Origin: Blastocystis sp. Blastoise
Taxonomy: Eukaryota > Protista > Bigyra: Opalinata
Length of the DNA stretch: 64,000 nucleotides
NCBI GenBank assembly: GCA_039096225.1
Contig: JBBPEB010000012.1
Coordinates: 1 to 64,000, forward strand
Direction of reading: 5' to 3'
The position numbers and the translations under genes were made by a program. The stretch's first letter is position 1, and each line of letters starts with the position of its first letter. Below the pieces are notes generated by a model that was not told the DNA's origin, did not search any database, and was given only the letters and a program-made list of their open reading frames with translations. Of this stretch, positions 58,101 to 64,000 are shown piece by piece.

Positions 58101-58301
58101 ACATTTGTTATATTTAATATATTTATTATGTTTATTATGTTTATTATGTTTATTATATTTATATTTATTATATTTATATACTATCTACAATGATTTCTAT
58201 GACTGTAGAAAGGCAATCCTCTTGAAATAATGAAATATCACTAAACATTTTAGGAGCACGAGGAAGATCAACTATATAATAATAATAATAATAATAACAA
58301 T

Positions 58302-58366
<65 letters not shown>

Positions 58367-58564
58367 ATAGACGAGGATGTATAATATTATTAATCCATTC
58401 AGAATATTGTTCATTAGATAATAATTTAATATCATTCAAAAGACTAAAATCTTCAGGAATATCTATAGAATTAATAATATATATATATATATAAAGCTAT
58501 GAAATAATAAAACATCTAATGTATACATAACAATATATTTTAATAAATATTCTTTTATATAAAT
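43168..58564 (-). CDS. Midasin-like (MoxR/dynein-clade) six-AAA+ giant protein with three vWA-like domains and a GATase1-like domain; terminal exon 43168-57518
   Basis: Walker A motifs GETSSGKT (~56810), GLESTGKT (~55070), GAPGIGKS (~53160) and GPSPSGKT (~52085), plus two degenerate AAA units. Midasin-like motifs LLDEMSLA, LERLNSLLE and FRLIATQNP. vWA-like units at ~46100-46660, ~45120-45720 and ~43190-43895. Six short upstream exons splice in frame back to 58564. Confidence 0.85.
58306..58362. repeat. (TA)n microsatellite at an intron 5' end
   Basis: Uninterrupted TA run abutting the GT donor of a minus-strand intron. Confidence 0.9.
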
Positions 58565-58658
58565 CTAATAACAAGTATATCTACAGTAAAAACAAGGAAA
58601 ATAAAAAGATAAATAAATCCTTTAGAGAAAAATAATTTAAATTAATATATATATGTAC

Positions 58659-61234
58659 TGAATCCCATATCTAATTGTGGATTTCTGAAAGCAGATGGAA
58701 TATTGAAATTATGCTATATACACAATGTAATTTAATAAATATATACTATAATTATATATATAAAAAATACATAATATATTTCTATATATATATATACGCT
58801 AAGAATAGCAATATCTAGTCTCTGAATATGCTTTTGTTTTACATAATTAAGATCGTCATGAGTAAGTACCTTATTATGATAGATAACATAGATACTCTCA
58901 CCATATTTTCTCTATTATATATAATGTCTATTAATAATATAAATGTATAAATACTTTTAAGGAATCCATAAATGACGCATATGTCAATTTGTGAGCAGTA
59001 TAATTTAATACTGAACTTTCACGGTTATTTAAGTAAAATGCAGAGATATCTACTGTAGAGACCTTCTGTATATAATATATATGAGGTAATAAAACAAGTA
59101 TATAAGTATATACATATAAATAATTAGAAAACGTTTGTTTTAAGTAATTCGTTTTATTCCTATAGATATTTGTTTTTAATAGTGTAATAATTAATATATA
59201 TATATTATAATATAATTTATATATAATTATATATATAATTATATATATAATTTATATATATAATTATATATACTCAACCTCAGCCTTATATTCATCCGCT
59301 ATATATATATAATATCATAATAATTTTATTTTTAAAAAATAATTTATATATAATATATCGCTTACAATTGATTTTTGCTTTCTGTTTAATAATATAAAAT
59401 TTTTTGGAATAAACATCAAGTTTTTCTTTCCAAATAGGAGCTGTATAATCATTCATCGGATATATATTATTTAAAGCTTCTTGAATGTTTTCTTGAGTAT
59501 ATTTCTTTAATAGCAATTCATATTGATTATCTAAAGAGGGTGTATCGGTTATAGTACATAATTTAAATAATTCATTTTGAAGGATTTCTAAAAAAGACAA
59601 ATTTTCAATGGGTTTCCCGTGGGAATCAGCAGCAGCTTCTTGTATATCTTTATTAGGAGATTGCTCTTGTGAGATATTTGATTGTTTATTAGCATCAGTT
59701 CTATTATTATTATTATTACTATTATTATCTTTATTATTATTATTATTATTATTATGTTTATTATTCTTATTCTTATTCTTATTCTTATTATTCTTATTAT
59801 TTTTCTGTTTATTCTTATCATCATTATTCTTATTATTATTATTCTTATTATTTTTCTGTTTATTCTTATCATCACTATTTTTGTCATCATTATTATTATC
59901 ATCATCACTTTTATTCTTTTGATCTTCAGGATTATTTGTATTTTTAATAACTTTATCTACGGAATGATCTACATTTTTAATATTATCTAAAGAATAACCT
60001 GATGAAGCTATATATATAATAAAATATATATATTTAATATAATTTATATTAGTTTACATATATATAGTTTATATATTATATATATATACAATTATCATCA
60101 GGTTTTTCTGAAGAATTATCTTTTGGTTGTGAAGAAGCTATTTGATCAGTTTTCATTGGTTCCTTAACCGTTTTAGTTATAGAGTCAGAACGTTCTTGAA
60201 TAGACTGTTGAATAGACTGTTGAATAGGTTCTTGAATAGGTTCTTGAATAGGTTCTTGAATATTTTGTTGTATAAGTTTTTGAGCAGCATTTCCAACATG
60301 TTTTTTAAAATTAATTTGAATAGGTTCTTGAATAGGTTGTTGAATAGGTTGTTGAACAGATATAGAAGGAGATCTTTGAATGAGAATAGCAAGTTGAGGA
60401 GAAAGAGACGGACTTGTGTGAGAAGGTGGAGGAGGAGGAGAAGAAGGAGAAGGAGATTTAACAATAGCAACTATATATAAATTATATTCTTTAACAAATA
60501 TACATATATATATATATATACGTGAAGGAGGACTAAATGGTTGAGGAGAAGGTTCCTTCATCTATATATATATAAAAAGCTAAGTAAATACAGAAAAAAT
60601 ATATTATAAATAAAAAAAATAATCGTGAATATACCTTAAAAAGCAAAACAAATATTATAGGTATAGGGTTCTGTTGAACATATTGATTATTTTGAACTAA
60701 GTAATTAACCCATGATGACTGAATAATATATCCTGATCCATGAGGCCAGGGAAGGGTAGAGATCTAAAATAAACATTAAATATAAGTAAAAAAACAACTT
60801 TTTTTTTTAGAAAACAATAAAAATTAAATTCAAATGAAAAATAATAATAATATACCCATTGTTTATCAGATTGACTTTGTTTTGACATGGATCTCATTGG
60901 ATAAAGTTCTTGAATTTGAGGATTCATCTTTAAAAAAGCTTCTTGAGTAACATCTAAAAATAAATAAATTGGTTCTCTTAATTGAATTAGATCCAGCATG
61001 GTAGATCTCGTATTGATCAACGCTGAGCCAGCTGTAAAGACATTATAACCTATTTGAAAATGTTCAGGGACCCATTTCTATAAAATAAATTCATAGATCT
61101 ATCGATAAGTAAATTACCATGTATCTATAGAGGAAAACTGTAGTTGTTTCATTGTAAATAACGTTTGTTAATGCATATTCATATTGGCTTGTTTCAGAGT
61201 TACATGTAAATTGGTATGCAACTTGAGGATTCAT
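58659..61234 (-). CDS. Intron-rich N-terminal exons, probably of the same midasin-like gene (Pro/Gln- and Asn/Lys-rich segments)
   Basis: ATG at 61234 (MNPQVAYQF...). GT-AG splicing keeps the frame open to 58659. The junction to the exon starting at 58564 could not be resolved unambiguously. Confidence 0.6.
59700..59915 (-). repeat. Coding Asn/Lys/Asp low-complexity repeat
   Basis: (TTA)n and (TTATTC)n arrays, with a duplicated TTTTTCTGTTTATTCTTATCATCA unit. Confidence 0.8.
60190..60360 (-). repeat. Coding 12-bp tandem repeat (QEPI/QQPI/QQSI)
   Basis: TTGAATAGGTTC-like units translate as IQEPIQEPIQEPIQQSIQQSIQE. Confidence 0.85.
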
Positions 61235-62444
61235 TCACACAGGTGAGTAATTTATAGTATATAACTAATTAATTATTTACTTCTATGAGCAAAAAAAATA
61301 AATTAAAATTATTCTAGTAAATGAATTCAACAAAGAAAACTCGATAATTTTCTATATAGTTTCCCTGTATATAGACAAAAGTGAGTTTTTTATGATAAAA
61401 AATCAGATTCCCGTGAGAATCCATCGAAATCTTTAGTATTCAATCTTGGTAATTGTTGAGAAAAGCATTAATTATAAACTAAATAGATTTTTGATTACTT
61501 GAAAAATATGGTTTTTGAATCATTTGAATAGTTTTAAATAGCTTTTAGTTATTTTCCAGCTTAATTGAAACAAGATCTGTTGGTTTGAAAGATGAGAAAT
61601 ATCAGTCTTTTACAAGAAAATGAATTTCTAGATAAAATTTTTTAAATAAGGTTATAAAATATGTATAGCATGCTTTTTAGATAGAATATAAGTGAATGTC
61701 AATCAGAATTATCAAGATATAAGGAGAATGTTGTTCTCAAATATAAAACAATTTCATATTTGATTTGTTCCTATTCATAATTATCAAGTTGATCAATGTT
61801 AATAGCGTAACGATTCCTCGTACAAACTCAAATAGAAGCATGGAGTAATTCTTTATTAATGAATTGGTTAAGTGTCATAGTATAAGATGTGTGGCATATC
61901 TAAATCGTTTAAGCTAATATTAGCAATGACAGCTGAGTTAAGTAGCACATGGAAGTTCTATTATTATGTAAATGTGACAAGTTTTTACTTTTATTTGTTA
62001 TTTAAATGGGTTTATCTTATATTTAATGTTCTATAAACAACATATCCTAATTTTTTAACTTTGATAGTCAAAATGAATCCAATGATTATGAATAAAAACA
62101 GAAACAATATGAAAAGGGTGAATTTCCCTCATCAAGATAATGTTTTTATTTATAAACTAGATAAAGAATAGTTATATTGTATTAATAATAAGCACAAATA
62201 TAATAATTGTTTTTATTTGAAACATATAAAAACTATTTTTTATAAAAAATAAGTAAAATAGATTTTAACCTTTTACATGAAAAAGTACTTTTGAATATAT
62301 ATATATATATATAATTCCATTAATAGCAAAACAAAAACATTATTATTATTATTATTATTATTATTACAAGCAGTGACACTGCATAGGATTTATAATTATA
62401 GATAAACATCAATATAACATATATATTAAAATTGTTAACACTAT

Positions 62445-63180
62445 TTAATAACAAGATAAAAGTATCTTTTCAACATCTTCAGGAGTAATATCATGATGTT
62501 CACCAAATACTAAACCATTCTTAGTAAATCTATACACATATATCATTATATATATATATTATAGTAAAATGTATATAAAAATATATTTTGAACTATTGAG
62601 TAATAGACTAAATATATATATATATATATATATACCTAGCTTTAACATCTTGAATCCATGCTTTATCTTGATTATAATAAGGATAAGCAGAAATATGAGT
62701 GGGAACATGAACAACATTTTCATAGAAATTAATAAGAGCTTGAATACCAGCTTCAGCCTTTTCTTCAACAGTTCCCTCTATAAAGAATAGCAATTATTAT
62801 TATATTTAATATTAGTAATCATCATAATAAGAAGAATAATTAATGAATATAATAATCAAAAGGTTAATTAGAATAAATTTATACAAAAAGAATTTAAACA
62901 TATATATACCTGTAATATTGAAGACTCTTTCCGCCATTTGAGCTAATTTCTCCTTCTTTTGTTCAAATTTATAATGGAATACAACAGGCTATATAGAATA
63001 GAAAATAATATATGCTTTTAATAATTTAGTAAAGAATAGCATTATATATATATAAGTATATATATAGTTCAACACAAGCTAATGTTTGACCATGATCCAT
63101 ACCTATATATATAATAATAGTATTAATTCTCTATTATATAGCATATGAATTATAATGAATAATATTTATTTAATAAAAAG

Positions 63181-63223
<43 letters not shown>

Positions 63224-63369
63224 AATATTAGCAGTGATTTCTTGTCCAATCATATGAGTAGCCCAATCTGTAGCGACACCAGCAGCAATTATTCCATTTA
63301 ATGCTTGAGTAGCAGCCCACATGACATTTGCACGTGCTTCATAATCTTCAGGATTAGTCATAACTTTAG

Positions 63370-63438
<69 letters not shown>

Positions 63439-63916
63439 CTCTAATAATAATCAATATAATTATAATTACAATAATATACATTATCAATAAGAGTTTTTAA
63501 AAGAGCTTCAGCATATCTATCATTGACATCAGCACCTATATATTTATATATAATTAAAAAATAAAAATTCATAATAATACAAAAATTATAAAAAAAAATA
63601 TATAATAATAATTATAAACATATAAAAAATACCTTGAGGATACGTAATATATTGTTCTAAGACATGTACCATGGCATCTACAATACCATTAGAGGTTTGA
63701 CGAGTAGGAAGAGAATACATAGTTTCAGGATCTAAAATAGATACTTTGGGATAAACACATTCATTCTGGAAGAATAACTTTAACTATATAGGAAATAAAT
63801 ATTATATATACTGGAATACGTATTATACTATTCAAATAAATATATATTTATATATAATATCATACATGTTTATTTCTCCAACTAACAACAGAACTCCAAT
63901 TCATCTCACTACCAGT
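62445..63916 (-). CDS. yqhD: Iron-containing (class III) alcohol dehydrogenase, YqhD/butanol dehydrogenase-like; 3' part only, gene runs off the window
   Basis: Spliced exons give TGSEMN...SILDPETMYSLPTRQTSNGIVDAMVHVLEQYITYP...ARANVMWAATQALNG...DWATHMIGQEIT...MDHGQTLA...KLAQMAERVFNITEG. The D/H/H/H metal ligands are intact. TAA at 62445-62447. Confidence 0.9.
63375..63436. repeat. (TA)n microsatellite at an intron 3' end
   Basis: Uninterrupted TA run abutting the AG acceptor of an ADH intron. Confidence 0.9.
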
Positions 63917-64000
63917 CTATATACATAATAATTATTATCATAATAATACTATTAACTTATTATTATAGAAATATATATATATACATAATAATTATTATCA

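Noticed and set aside
59200-59272. Tandem TAATTATATATA units resembling an array
   Set aside because: Intronic slippage minisatellite with no spacers; not CRISPR-like.
59588-59990. Poly-Ile/Leu ORFs on both strands that look like membrane proteins
   Set aside because: Shadow frames of an (AAT)/(AAGAAT) coding repeat whose real frame is Asn/Lys-rich.

Overview
Extremely AT-rich, intron-dense eukaryotic (protist-like) DNA. The gene families and minor introns are reminiscent of an AT-rich Blastocystis-type stramenopile, but that identity is inference only. From left to right: a decayed Ser/Asn-rich gene on the minus strand interrupted by a 181-bp hAT-type MITE (8-bp TSD), plus a degenerate second MITE copy; a BTB-like/TLDc gene; a lesioned member of a lineage-specific LRR-like family, with a second paralog at 37.8-41.6 kb; a complete 1,787-bp Tc1/IS630-type (DD34E) transposon with ~236-bp TIRs and TA TSD; an 18.7-kb gene with about 62 introns for a giant type-I membrane protein (signal peptide, PA14/fibro-slime, filamin/Ig-like repeats, Cys-rich repeats, TM, low-complexity tail); a midasin-like six-AAA giant with three vWA-like domains and a GATase-like domain, mostly encoded by one 14.35-kb exon; and the 3' part of a bacterial-type YqhD-like alcohol dehydrogenase. 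The most striking signal is six U12-type AT-AC introns packed into 6.1 kb of the single surface-protein gene. Each has an ATATCY 5' site, a TTCTT(T)AAT branch box and an AC acceptor that restores the reading frame. Gene models were spliced by hand, so intron counts are approximate.
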